Of a stretch of 64,000 nt of DNA, positions 32,975 to 41,668 are shown piece after piece. Location: sequence record MZ443771.1. One strand, written 5' to 3'. Below the pieces are notes generated by a model, which was not told where the DNA came from, ran no database searches, and saw only the letters and a list, made by a program, of their open reading frames with translations. The position numbers were made by a program, and so were the translations under genes. Positions within the stretch are counted from its first letter, which is position 1. The number at the start of each line of letters is the position of its first letter.

Positions 32975-35104
32975 ATGATCATCAAGCCGCCAACCATGAA
33001 GGAAATCAACAAGCTGGCTAAACCCTGGCGTGGTATGAGTTTCTTCGCAGGTTGCGGTGGGTCTTCGACCGGTCACAAGATGGCCGGTATCGACATTCTG
33101 TTGAGCAACGAGTTTATTGACTCTGCGCGTGAGTCGTATGAAGCAAACCACCCGACAACCAAAGTGCTGCCTCATGATATCCGTCGCTTAGACCCAAGCA
33201 AGCTGTTGCGCTACTGCGGTCTTGCTAAGGGTGAGCTGGATTTGCTTGATGGTAGTCCTCCGTGCTTTACCGAAGACACAATCATCCACACTGCTGACGG
33301 CATGAAGTTCATTTCTGATATGCACGTCAACGATCTGGCAATGACGAGCGTTGGTGAATACTTTCCTGTGTACGACACTATGGTTCGTCCGTATGTCGGT
33401 ACGATGCACAAGATTGAAACGATGCTCGGTAGCAACAAAGCAACGCCAGAGCACCCGTTCTTTGTTCGTCGCTCTCAGGCAGACGGTAGCTACTCTGAGC
33501 CGTTCTGGTGTGATGCGAAAGACGTGCAAGAAGGTGACTTGCTCGGTACGCCGCGCACTACCCCTGACATGGGGATTGACGTGTATCAGGCTCAGATTGA
33601 TCAGTTGCCTAAGTTAGTAGCGGACTGGGTGACTTACCCTGAGTTCTGGTGGATGATTGGTCACTGGTGTGATCGTGGCACAATCGAAACAGTTAACGGT
33701 GTTGACGTCATCTGCTTCGAGTCGCACTCAAGCCTTGAGAACGCGATGATCGAGCAGGCGTTTGATGCGCTTAAAATCAGTAGCCTGAATCGTATCGACA
33801 CGACAACGGCGCAGCGCAAAACATTCCGCACTGTTATCGAAGCAGAGCTGGTGCAGTTCCTGCGTCGATTCGTCAGTCAGGAGCAGAACAAGTTTTCTCG
33901 TCGTCTGCCTGCAATCGTGTTCCATTTGTCAAACGAGTTGAAGCAACAATTCATTCTCGGTTGTGCGGGGCATGACTACGTGACTGCTATGGGCACAAGC
34001 CTTGCTATCACATCTGATAGTCGCCGCTTCCTGATTGAGCTGAACTACCTGTGTGCGTCTGCTTTCAATCGTCCGCTGTTTGACGGTCTTATCTGGGCAG
34101 ACGTTAACTTCGGTAGTGCGTTAACGCCGCGTGAGCGTAACAGTTCACGAGCGCATATCGGCTTCCTGTTCCTGCAGGATGAAGCGCTGTTCATGCACGA
34201 GTTCTCCGATGAAGACCCGCATCTCTGGGTTGAAGTGATTGAGAACCTCGCGTATCAGGCGACCTGTGACGTGTATAACTTCTCTGTGCAGACAGACGAG
34301 ACATACGTTGCAAATAGCATGGTCGTTCACAACTGCAAAGGCTTCTCTACTGCTGGTGTGAAAGAAGAAGGCTGGGGCAAAGAAGTTAAATACAGCGACA
34401 ACAAGTATCAGCAGGTTGATGACCTGTTCGATCAGTATTGCCGTATGCTTCAAGGCATGGAGCCAAAAGTGTTCACTGCGGAAAACGTCAGCGGCCTAAT
34501 CAAGGGTACCTCTAAAGGGTACTTTGTCGAAATCATGAAGCACTTCGACAGATTAGGTTATTATGTTCGTGCTCCGATGCTGAATGCTTGCTGGCTTGGC
34601 GTACCGCAGTCGCGTGAACGTATCATCTTCATGGGTGTGCGCAAAGACGTTGCCCATGCTCTCGGCTATAAGTCTGCTCAGACCGCTGTGCCTGATGTTA
34701 TCCCGTGCGAGACGCAAGCGTTTCTCGGTGATGCGTTGCCGCACATCATGCGATACAAAACAACGCAGCGTGACCTGATCAAATATCTGCCTGCCGTTAA
34801 CGGTCCGATGCCTACGATTACTGCTGCTGATGCGATTGCGTATGAGACTGCGCGATTCTCGTCTGCTGGCTTTATCGAAGACAACAAAGGTCATCGGCGT
34901 AAGCTGACCATCGACGAACTCAAAGTTATCTCTGGACTGCCGTCTGACTATAAGCTGATGGGTGAGTTTGAAGAACAATGGGAACGTCTTGGTCGTATCT
35001 GTGTGCCAGCAATGACACACGCTGCATCTAAGGCTTTCATCGAGCACATTCTTCTGCCGTATGCGAAGAAGCGTAAGAAGAAGCCCGGCGATATCTTTAA
35101 GTAA
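32975..35104 (+). CDS. DNA cytosine-C5 methyltransferase-fold enzyme, predicted carboxymethyltransferase; intein-containing
   Basis: Motif I FFAGCGG, IV GSPP|C-KGFS, VI ENV, VIII PQSRER, IX RKLTIDE. Motif X reads LGRICVP (Arg at 34994-34996 in place of Asn). Start ATG 32975; 352 aa after splicing. Confidence 0.85.
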   Translation: MIIKPPTMKEINKLAKPWRGMSFFAGCGGSSTGHKMAGIDILLSNEFIDSARESYEANHPTTKVLPHDIRRLDPSKLLRYCGLAKGELDLLDGSPPCFTEDTIIHTADGMKFISDMHVNDLAMTSVGEYFPVYDTMVRPYVGTMHKIETMLGSNKATPEHPFFVRRSQADGSYSEPFWCDAKDVQEGDLLGTPRTTPDMGIDVYQAQIDQLPKLVADWVTYPEFWWMIGHWCDRGTIETVNGVDVICFESHSSLENAMIEQAFDALKISSLNRIDTTTAQRKTFRTVIEAELVQFLRRFVSQEQNKFSRRLPAIVFHLSNELKQQFILGCAGHDYVTAMGTSLAITSDSRRFLIELNYLCASAFNRPLFDGLIWADVNFGSALTPRERNSSRAHIGFLFLQDEALFMHEFSDEDPHLWVEVIENLAYQATCDVYNFSVQTDETYVANSMVVHNCKGFSTAGVKEEGWGKEVKYSDNKYQQVDDLFDQYCRMLQGMEPKVFTAENVSGLIKGTSKGYFVEIMKHFDRLGYYVRAPMLNACWLGVPQSRERIIFMGVRKDVAHALGYKSAQTAVPDVIPCETQAFLGDALPHIMRYKTTQRDLIKYLPAVNGPMPTITAADAIAYETARFSSAGFIEDNKGHRRKLTIDELKVISGLPSDYKLMGEFEEQWERLGRICVPAMTHAASKAFIEHILLPYAKKRKKKPGDIFK
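33263..34333 (+). mobile_element. intein (357 aa) with a degenerate LAGLIDADG-type domain, inserted just before the catalytic Cys
   Basis: Starts CFTEDTIIHTADG, has block B ATPEHPF, block F DVYNFSVQTDETY and ends VHN followed by Cys+1. Endonuclease-like blocks WWMIGHWCDRG and QFILGCAGHD are degraded. Confidence 0.92.
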
Positions 35105-35113
35105 GGGCGCGTT

Positions 35114-35215
35114 ATGTTCTGGGCCGGCTTAGGCTTAGGTGTCGTTTTAGGCGTAGTGCTGTGCATCGGCATTGCGTGGTATTACCTCAGAGACTTTGCA
35201 GTGTTCAAGTCTTAA
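35114..35215 (+). CDS. 33-aa single-TM micro-protein
   Basis: MFWAGLGLGVVLGVVLCIGIAWYYLRDFAVFKS; below the ORF-track length cutoff. Confidence 0.55.
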   Translation: MFWAGLGLGVVLGVVLCIGIAWYYLRDFAVFKS

Positions 35216-35248
35216 TAACCGTGGACAAGGACGTCCGGAGAATTTCAA

Positions 35249-35815
35249 ATGTCATATACAATCACTCGTGGTGCAATGATCGCTTTCGTCCAGAACGGTC
35301 AGTTGCAATGTCGCAGCATCAAAGTAAAAGCGTCTGGTATTCAAGACGTCTATATCTACAACAAGCTGGCCGGATTACAGGCGCTTCTCAACACGAAGAT
35401 CTTCACGCAGGGTCCGTCCGGCGCTGACGTTCTTCCTACCGATGAATACATCAAGGCTGCCCACTGTCTCTACACTGACCTGGGTATTCTGAAACGTCTG
35501 GAGCGCATGTTCTCCGATGAAGACGTGACGATTCGTATCATCGACAAACAGCGTGATACGCCGCTTTCAGTTGCGTCTGTGTTCTGGATTGATCGCAAAG
35601 ACACGATTGCCTGTCAGGTACTTGAGACTGACAAGAAAGAGCACAACAGAAAGACTATCCTCATTACCGAGGCGGTCGATGTTAAGTACCCAGGCAACCC
35701 AACTGTCCTGCGCTATGATGCGGACGAGCAGTGCGTCTACGACACTGACCTGTGCAACAACGTCTACACGCTGCACGGTTGGAACGAAACAGTTACCCAC
35801 TCAGCGGATAAGTAA
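35249..35815 (+). CDS. hypothetical protein
   Basis: RBS ggag. Confidence 0.7.
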   Translation: MSYTITRGAMIAFVQNGQLQCRSIKVKASGIQDVYIYNKLAGLQALLNTKIFTQGPSGADVLPTDEYIKAAHCLYTDLGILKRLERMFSDEDVTIRIIDKQRDTPLSVASVFWIDRKDTIACQVLETDKKEHNRKTILITEAVDVKYPGNPTVLRYDADEQCVYDTDLCNNVYTLHGWNETVTHSADK

Positions 35816-35816
35816 C

Positions 35817-35984
35817 ATGATACGCTACCCGATAATCTTCTTCGCTACATGGATTCTGGTAGCGTACTCGTTATCTACAGTGGAAGTATCTCCTGAATGG
35901 TGCGAGCGCATTGGCATAGTATGCGCCGCTGTCTTCACGCATTTTGAAATGAAGTGGCAACGTTTTATTAAGGATCGTGGCTAA
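35817..35984 (+). CDS. small membrane protein
   Basis: MIRYPIIFFATWILVAYSL...; TAATG overlap with the next gene. Confidence 0.55.
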   Translation: MIRYPIIFFATWILVAYSLSTVEVSPEWCERIGIVCAAVFTHFEMKWQRFIKDRG

Positions 35985-36394
35985 TGAGCAAGCGCCAAGA
36001 AGCAATTGGTATTCTGAAAGAGTTTGGCTTTGAGCACCATCGTGGTTTTATTCGTTTCGTTCGCGGTGAGTATCTGTCTTCGTTCCAGTTCCATCTGGAC
36101 GAGATACGCGAAGTGACTGTGGCACAGGGTGAAGGTGTCAACAAAGCAGACGGAAGCATCGTTACCGTATGTCGCGTTAACATTGATTTGATTGGCGGTG
36201 GCGTTGCCCACTCAGTACCGATGCACCCTGAACGTGATAAAAGAAACTACGAGCGCCTTTCTGCCGCTCTCTTGTTGTTGCGTGATTCAGCTTGTGGTCT
36301 GCCTTACGCAGATTATCACGTCCGTCTTGTTGATACAAAGTTTTACACCAACCCGCCAGTTGTTGACTGGCCTGTTGAAACTCCCGCCAAGTAA
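35984..36394 (+). CDS. hypothetical protein
   Basis: Coupled start. Confidence 0.7.
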   Translation: MSKRQEAIGILKEFGFEHHRGFIRFVRGEYLSSFQFHLDEIREVTVAQGEGVNKADGSIVTVCRVNIDLIGGGVAHSVPMHPERDKRNYERLSAALLLLRDSACGLPYADYHVRLVDTKFYTNPPVVDWPVETPAK

Positions 36395-36452
36395 TTGGCA
36401 TTCGGTGTGTAGCGTAAACTCGACTACACCCTCTACCTAAAAGGTATGTACT

Positions 36453-37367
36453 ATGACTAAGCAACATGTGTCTTATAGCAGCGCGTTCGCAATCGGTGAG
36501 AGTGCTATTCTGGTTCTCGATAGCTTTGGGCAGAACAAAGTACCGTACGGCGTGATCGAAGGTGTGATGTTCTACGGACGTCAGCGTCTGTACCGTGTGT
36601 CGTTGTTCGTTAACGAAGGTACGGAAGCATCGCCAGAAGCGTTCCTGCATCAGGGTCGTCCTGTTGACGGTTTCATTGCGCAAGATTTAAAGCCGATTCT
36701 TGACCGTCAATACATCGATCATATCGGGCACGTTGGTAAGTTCGAGCGCACTGATTGTGCAGCTATGGGTGACGCGAGCTTTATCCCAGGCCAGCTTGTA
36801 GAAGTCGATATCGACCTCGAAAGCGAAGGCGAACAGGATAAGTTCAACATCCCTGTAGTCGTTACTGGTGTGACTTACGTTGAAGGTAAAGTGTTGTACG
36901 AAGTGAGCATTCAACGTGCCTATTACAATGACGGTCGTGTTAATGGCGGTCGTCTGGTGCGTGACACTCTGAGCAACATCGACAGCATTTACCTGAAACC
37001 TGTAGGCGGTTGGCCAGAGACTGTGCTCGACGAAGAAAAGGGTGACGCCACTCTTACAGTCAAAGGCAACGGTACTATCGCTATCGACTGCGATGCGGAG
37101 CTGACTATCACTGCTAAATCGATCAGCATTGAACCAGCTACGCAGACCAACATGCCAATCTCAAACGATCTGTTTGATGCGGCTTATGAAGCGCACCTGT
37201 TGGGTATTTTCTGCGGCGATAACAACAAGCAAGCGGCTCGTAACTTCCTGGGGCAGTACATCCGTGAACAGGACAAACGCCTGGAAAACTTCCGTGCTCT
37301 TGGCTCTGTTAGCGGTCGTGTTTCTGGCCTGACTGAGAACCAGAGCGCTGAACCTCGTTCTAAGTAA
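36453..37367 (+). CDS. hypothetical protein with two SH3-like repeats
   Basis: FAIGES...VIEGVMFY...LYRV and FIPGQL...VVTGVTYV...LYEV. Confidence 0.65.
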   Translation: MTKQHVSYSSAFAIGESAILVLDSFGQNKVPYGVIEGVMFYGRQRLYRVSLFVNEGTEASPEAFLHQGRPVDGFIAQDLKPILDRQYIDHIGHVGKFERTDCAAMGDASFIPGQLVEVDIDLESEGEQDKFNIPVVVTGVTYVEGKVLYEVSIQRAYYNDGRVNGGRLVRDTLSNIDSIYLKPVGGWPETVLDEEKGDATLTVKGNGTIAIDCDAELTITAKSISIEPATQTNMPISNDLFDAAYEAHLLGIFCGDNNKQAARNFLGQYIREQDKRLENFRALGSVSGRVSGLTENQSAEPRSK

Positions 37368-37373
37368 CTAAAT

Positions 37374-37399
37374 ATGGGTGACTTCGGTCGCCCATTTTT
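37374..37399 (+). terminator. Rho-independent terminator
   Basis: ATGGGTGAC-TTCG-GTCGCCCAT-TTTT. Confidence 0.85.
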
Positions 37400-37407
37400 G
37401 TATCTAA

Positions 37408-37419
37408 ATTCTGTAAATA
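37408..37419 (+). promoter_or_regulatory. motif A variant (ATTCTGTAAATA)
   Basis: Directly after a terminator, about 30 nt before ATG 37449. Confidence 0.6.
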
Positions 37420-37448
37420 TCAGACACACAAACAAAGAGAGTACCGAT

Positions 37449-38102
37449 ATGAATCTTGAGCATGTACAACTGGCAACAGCTGCTGTAGTCAATCTCATTA
37501 ACGAGATGAAAAGCGAAGCAGAGAAGAATGGCTTTGCAGTATCTGACAAGGAAGATGGAGTTCGTATCGTCTTCCCTGGCTTTAATGGCGGTCAGACCTA
37601 TAACTTCCTGAATCTGTCCCGCATGGCTCTTATCTCAGTGGTAACGAAGTGTCCGTTCATAATCAAAACGGATGAACGCTACGGACCAATGATGATACCC
37701 GAAGTTGATCTCAGCAAATACGATGGCGAATTCCCTTCGACGAGAACAATGTTCAGCACAGTCAACAAGGAACTACGTGAGTTCCTGTCGGCGCAAGGTG
37801 ATCTCGAACCATCGCACATCTTCTGGGTACAACCTGAGCCTCCACATATAAACGCCACAGAAGAAGAACGTCATCACTTTGCGGTATTGAGTAACGTGTA
37901 TGAGAACGGGCGTTTCCGCAATCTAACCACTACACTCTATCACTTCTCGTACATCTACCTGACGGATAACGTCAAGTATAAAGTGTTTGAGCATCCAGAG
38001 CGCGGCCAGTACGTTGACTTGCACGAAGACTCAGATAAAGCGTACGGCGAGTTGTGCTGGGAAGTGTTTACTCGCGTTAAGAATGAACTGCGTCCAGCGT
38101 AA
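37449..38102 (+). CDS. hypothetical protein
   Basis: Start reassigned to ATG 37449; the upstream ATG lies in the terminator. Confidence 0.7.
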   Translation: MNLEHVQLATAAVVNLINEMKSEAEKNGFAVSDKEDGVRIVFPGFNGGQTYNFLNLSRMALISVVTKCPFIIKTDERYGPMMIPEVDLSKYDGEFPSTRTMFSTVNKELREFLSAQGDLEPSHIFWVQPEPPHINATEEERHHFAVLSNVYENGRFRNLTTTLYHFSYIYLTDNVKYKVFEHPERGQYVDLHEDSDKAYGELCWEVFTRVKNELRPA

Positions 38103-38108
38103 GTTGAG

Positions 38109-38462
38109 GTGACTGTGGAACAACATAAGCCTGTAGTCAAACAGATGGTCGATTACGTCACGAAGCGTATAAACGAAAACGCGACTGATGGACTCGATAT
38201 CAGCGAAGATGCGTGGCGTAGTCATGCACGAGATATCGTTAACGGTGTAATGCGCGCCTTTAACGATAAACCTGAGAGTGGTGTGCGTGTTGTGTGCGAC
38301 GAATCAAATAACCCGCAATACAACATCGACAACAACATTCTGACCATTGATGTTATCATCACAGGTCAACCGCTGCGTAAACTCATTCTCGGAGAAGAAG
38401 ATGATCAAAAGACTATTAGCGTGGTTTGCTCGCTCGAAGACCCAGCCAAAGAAAACCTTTGA
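38109..38462 (+). CDS. hypothetical protein with a tail-sheath C-terminal-like motif
   Basis: VRVVCDESNNPQYNIDNNILTIDVII resembles the sheath motif V.CDE.NN....ID.N. Confidence 0.5.
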   Translation: MTVEQHKPVVKQMVDYVTKRINENATDGLDISEDAWRSHARDIVNGVMRAFNDKPESGVRVVCDESNNPQYNIDNNILTIDVIITGQPLRKLILGEEDDQKTISVVCSLEDPAKENL

Positions 38463-38880
38463 AGAAAAGCTGGACGATGTTGCGGGCGTGAAGCACGATA
38501 ACTCTTTGGCCGCTGAGATTCGTCGTGACGATGAACAACTGCGTCGAGCGCTGCATCCAGGGTATCAACCGATTCGTAGGGAAGATGATCCAAAGGTAGT
38601 AGACTTCCCTACACGGCGTTATCAGACGCAACGAAGTGCTGATCGACCTAAGCCGTTGAATCGTGGCATGACGGTCAATCAACATGCGTCCAGTCGAGCA
38701 GCAACAGACGATCTGGCAATGGCAATGATGATGCGCCAGACGTTCGTAGCACCATCACCGATTGTCTCTTACGACGATGACTGCCGCAATACTCATCACA
38801 CGCCTAGTCATGGTGGGTACGATAGCCCGTCTGATGGTGGCGGTTCAAGCGACGGCGGTGGAGGAGGTTCCTGTGATTAA
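38401..38880 (+). CDS. hypothetical protein with a Gly/Ser/Asp-rich tail
   Basis: ATG 38401 after ggag; ends SDGGGSSDGGGGGSCD. Confidence 0.65.
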   Translation: MIKRLLAWFARSKTQPKKTFEEKLDDVAGVKHDNSLAAEIRRDDEQLRRALHPGYQPIRREDDPKVVDFPTRRYQTQRSADRPKPLNRGMTVNQHASSRAATDDLAMAMMMRQTFVAPSPIVSYDDDCRNTHHTPSHGGYDSPSDGGGSSDGGGGGSCD

Positions 38881-39214
38881 ACGTTTTCTCAACTGGATAG
38901 GCTTGATGCTTATCTCTGACAAGAACAAGCGCAAGCTCCGTCAACACGAAGCGATGATGCGCGCCTGCACTGACGTGTACGACTGGTGTGGCGCAGACTT
39001 ACCGCAAACAGCAGAAGCAGTTGAGTATGTGCGTACTCGCGCTCTCGGTTATGAGAATCGCTTGAACATACACAACGGTAAGATCATGACGCCATACGAA
39101 TGTCACACTGGTATCAGTGACTGGCGTGATGCGATGCGCCGTAAATACCGCGAACTACCTGAACTTGATTTCGACGGCAAAGACTTCAAGGTCAAGTCAG
39201 TATCTGTAAACTGA
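38873..39214 (+). CDS. hypothetical protein
   Basis: GTG 38873 after ggagg. Confidence 0.65.
   Translation: MIKRFLNWIGLMLISDKNKRKLRQHEAMMRACTDVYDWCGADLPQTAEAVEYVRTRALGYENRLNIHNGKIMTPYECHTGISDWRDAMRRKYRELPELDFDGKDFKVKSVSVN
39201..39212 (+). promoter_or_regulatory. motif A variant (TATCTGTAAACT)
   Basis: About 32 nt before ATG 39244. Confidence 0.45.
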
Positions 39215-39243
39215 TCGCACGAACAACATATACCGAGAAAAAT

Positions 39244-39729
39244 ATGGAAAAGAAACAGAAGCAGCCCAAGAACGATAATCCAAACATCGTTGTCTTGGAC
39301 ATTGAAATGTATCGCACACTTGTGGGTTACGCTAAGTGCGGTGAAGCAGATTGCGGTGAAGGTTTCTTTGGGAAAACAATGCGGGATATCGAAAAACACG
39401 CACGGCACTTCAATGTGCATCTACGCCCGCAGTTCGAGCAGCAGCAGAAGAACGAGCGCATGGCGAAAGCAGAACGCCGTCGTCTGGTGAAGAAAGCTCG
39501 TCGTCTAAGTTCGCAGCGTGAGCCTGTGCGTTTCCTCGTTGACCACCAGCACAAGGTAATCTACCCTATCGTCATTATCGGCGTAGCGTCTGACAATCAA
39601 CTGCGCTTGAAGTATCACGCGCTGTCAGACGGCTGGGAATCATACGCTATGGTTGATCGCATCTTCGAAACACCAGAAGAGTTGCCTCAGTCGTATCGCG
39701 TGATGAAAGAAGGGGAGAAGTGCGAATGA
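39244..39729 (+). CDS. hypothetical protein
   Basis: ORF in the gene chain. Confidence 0.7.
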   Translation: MEKKQKQPKNDNPNIVVLDIEMYRTLVGYAKCGEADCGEGFFGKTMRDIEKHARHFNVHLRPQFEQQQKNERMAKAERRRLVKKARRLSSQREPVRFLVDHQHKVIYPIVIIGVASDNQLRLKYHALSDGWESYAMVDRIFETPEELPQSYRVMKEGEKCE

Positions 39730-40124
39730 AAGCTCTTTCTATCCGTCAACCGTGGGCGTGGCTGATCGTTCAAGGCCACAAGAAGATTGAGAACCGTACG
39801 TGGGACACAAAGAAGCGCGGACGTTTCCTCATTCATGCAAGCTCGAAGCGACCGAGTGACGACGACATGGAAGCAGCGTTAGCTATCTGCACCAAGCTTG
39901 GTATTGCTCTGCCGCATAAAGCAGACTTTACTCTCGGTGCTATCGTTGGCTACGCTTCGCTGTGTGGCACTGTCACTCAGTCTGACGACCCATTTTTCTT
40001 CGGGCCTGTAGGGTTGCAGTTGAAAGACTGTCACGCAGTTGAGCCTATTCGTTTCAAAGGCGCTCTCAGTTTCTTCAACACGCCGTACTGCGTCAACAAC
40101 GGAAAGGTGGTACACTCACGGTGA
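39726..40124 (+). CDS. ASCH domain protein
   Basis: MKALSIRQPWAWLI..GHKKIENRTW...RG..LIHAS. Confidence 0.88.
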   Translation: MKALSIRQPWAWLIVQGHKKIENRTWDTKKRGRFLIHASSKRPSDDDMEAALAICTKLGIALPHKADFTLGAIVGYASLCGTVTQSDDPFFFGPVGLQLKDCHAVEPIRFKGALSFFNTPYCVNNGKVVHSR

Positions 40125-40336
40125 GACCCATACTGGTTGTACATAATGGTAAAGTTCTGCCTGCACAACTGGTTAATGAAGATCGCAATGACGTGTATTT
40201 CGTGCGGCAGATTGTAGTCCGTGGATTCTCAGTCTTCACGACGGGTATATGTCCAGTTGCCTACGTCGTGTTTCTCTACGGCTACTCTCCAACGAAAGAT
40301 GATTACGATGTTGTGAGCGCTATGCGTGGCAGATAA
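40121..40336 (+). CDS. small hypothetical protein
   Basis: GTGA overlap; precedes a terminator. Confidence 0.55.
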   Translation: MRPILVVHNGKVLPAQLVNEDRNDVYFVRQIVVRGFSVFTTGICPVAYVVFLYGYSPTKDDYDVVSAMRGR

Positions 40337-40338
40337 AC

Positions 40339-40366
40339 AAAGGGTGGCCTAATGGTCGCCCTTTTT
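40339..40366 (+). terminator. Rho-independent terminator
   Basis: AAAGGGTGGCC-TAAT-GGTCGCCCTTT-TT. Confidence 0.8.
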
Positions 40367-40394
40367 GTGTTTTACTTTCGAAACGAGGAACATC

Positions 40395-40799
40395 ATGCTA
40401 CCGTTTGCACCTAAGACGCGTGTAGTCAGTATGCGCAATGGAAACAAAGACTATGACGTGCGCATCGACCGTGAGACTAAGTGGGGAAACAAGTTCTACA
40501 TGAAGCGGGAGACAGTCGCAGAACGTAACCGAGTGTGCGACGAACATGAGGAAGATTTGTGGAAGAAGATACTCAGCGGTGAGATTCTATTGAGGCATTT
40601 GCTTGAACTGTACGGTAAACGGTTGGGTTGTTGGTGCAGCCCTAAGCGTTGTCATGGTGACGCGTTGGTCAGAGCAGCAGAATGGGCGTATCAGCTAAAC
40701 TGTAAATATGAACGTATCAAACGTACATACAGGAAACGCCGTCGTGCAGCAGCTAAAGCCAATCGTCAAAAAGACAGGAAGAAAGTTTCTCGCAAGTAG
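40395..40799 (+). CDS. DUF4326 family protein
   Basis: VRIDRETKWGNKF...LYGKRLGCWCSPKRCHGDAL. Confidence 0.85.
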   Translation: MLPFAPKTRVVSMRNGNKDYDVRIDRETKWGNKFYMKRETVAERNRVCDEHEEDLWKKILSGEILLRHLLELYGKRLGCWCSPKRCHGDALVRAAEWAYQLNCKYERIKRTYRKRRRAAAKANRQKDRKKVSRK

Positions 40800-40806
40800 T
40801 CCCTCA

Positions 40807-41298
40807 ATGCGGGCCATGAATTGGGAAGTATATGTCAGCCCATGCAGTGGCCTTGCTTATGGACAGTTTGCAGTCGCGTGGGGTGCAGCGCATCTCGTCA
40901 TCCACACGCTCGATGCCACAGAGCAGATTCGCCATAACTGCGACCAGCTCTACATCGACAAGCTAACGTTAATCATCGACTGCCTGAACGAGTTCATGGA
41001 TCTGCTTGGTACGACAAATACTGGTCGTCGCCGTGAGTGGTTGAACCCGATAGAAACAGGTGCTACGGGCAGCGTGGCCTACTGTTACTCAGTGGCAGAG
41101 AAAGAGTCCACCGTGTATTTCGAGCTTGGCTCATGCACAGACAAGATTCGCTTCTACCCTGCAATGACAGGCCGTAATAAACTGCGCAATCTCAAAACCA
41201 GTATGGAGAGACTGCGCGTAGAGCTTGCTAACCACAGGCAAGCCATGCTTGATACAATGAGCGTAGTCAACGAAACACGGGCTATGCTGAATCTGTAA
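40807..41298 (+). CDS. hypothetical protein
   Basis: Start uncertain (40807 or 40816). Confidence 0.65.
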   Translation: MRAMNWEVYVSPCSGLAYGQFAVAWGAAHLVIHTLDATEQIRHNCDQLYIDKLTLIIDCLNEFMDLLGTTNTGRRREWLNPIETGATGSVAYCYSVAEKESTVYFELGSCTDKIRFYPAMTGRNKLRNLKTSMERLRVELANHRQAMLDTMSVVNETRAMLNL

Positions 41299-41301
41299 AT
41301 A
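41290..41301 (+). promoter_or_regulatory. motif A (AATCTGTAAATA)
   Basis: Overlaps the upstream stop codon; about 39 nt before ATG 41340. Confidence 0.6.
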
Positions 41302-41339
41302 TAGCGTAAGATCACTATACCTAGAATAAGGACCATATT

Positions 41340-41666
41340 ATGGCAATGACTGAATTGCAGTTCGCGCTATCCATGTTTTCTCAGAAGTGTTCTGAGGCTG
41401 CCGTGCTTGCTACAGAGGCCCAACAGTTTGGCCTTGGTCATTTTGACAATAGCGGCAAGCCTGTTGTAGATCGTCTCCTGAGCATCATGCGTGATATTGA
41501 CGCGGCTCAGTATCTGGTTGAAGAAAAAGCGCAGGCGTTTGAGTACGTGCCTGATGTGCTTCGCTCTCTGGACCGTACCGACGAATTGAAAGCACTCATG
41601 GAACAGGCCAAAGATAATGGTCAAGTGCTCCGTGAAGACGAAGAAGATGAAGACGAGGACGAATAA
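41340..41666 (+). CDS. hypothetical protein, degenerate MazG-like helix pattern, acidic tail
   Basis: SQKCSEAAVLAT..QQFG...RDIDA resembles the EEC.E...K..RFG...E..D pattern but lacks the acidic residues. Confidence 0.55.
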   Translation: MAMTELQFALSMFSQKCSEAAVLATEAQQFGLGHFDNSGKPVVDRLLSIMRDIDAAQYLVEEKAQAFEYVPDVLRSLDRTDELKALMEQAKDNGQVLREDEEDEDEDE

Positions 41667-41668
41667 TA

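Noticed and set aside
20630-33000. Long upstream starts given by the ORF track (20630, 30107, 32173, 32951, 17006, 37374)
   Set aside because: They overlap upstream genes or terminators; downstream ATGs have better RBS and coupling.
33263-34333. Active homing endonuclease in either intein
   Set aside because: The LAGLIDADG blocks lack the canonical acidic residues, and the TerL intein has lost most of the domain.
37290-37367. PolA-like motif (GSVSGRVSG resembling TxTGRLSS)
   Set aside because: It is an isolated short match at the end of an unrelated ORF, with no other polymerase motifs.
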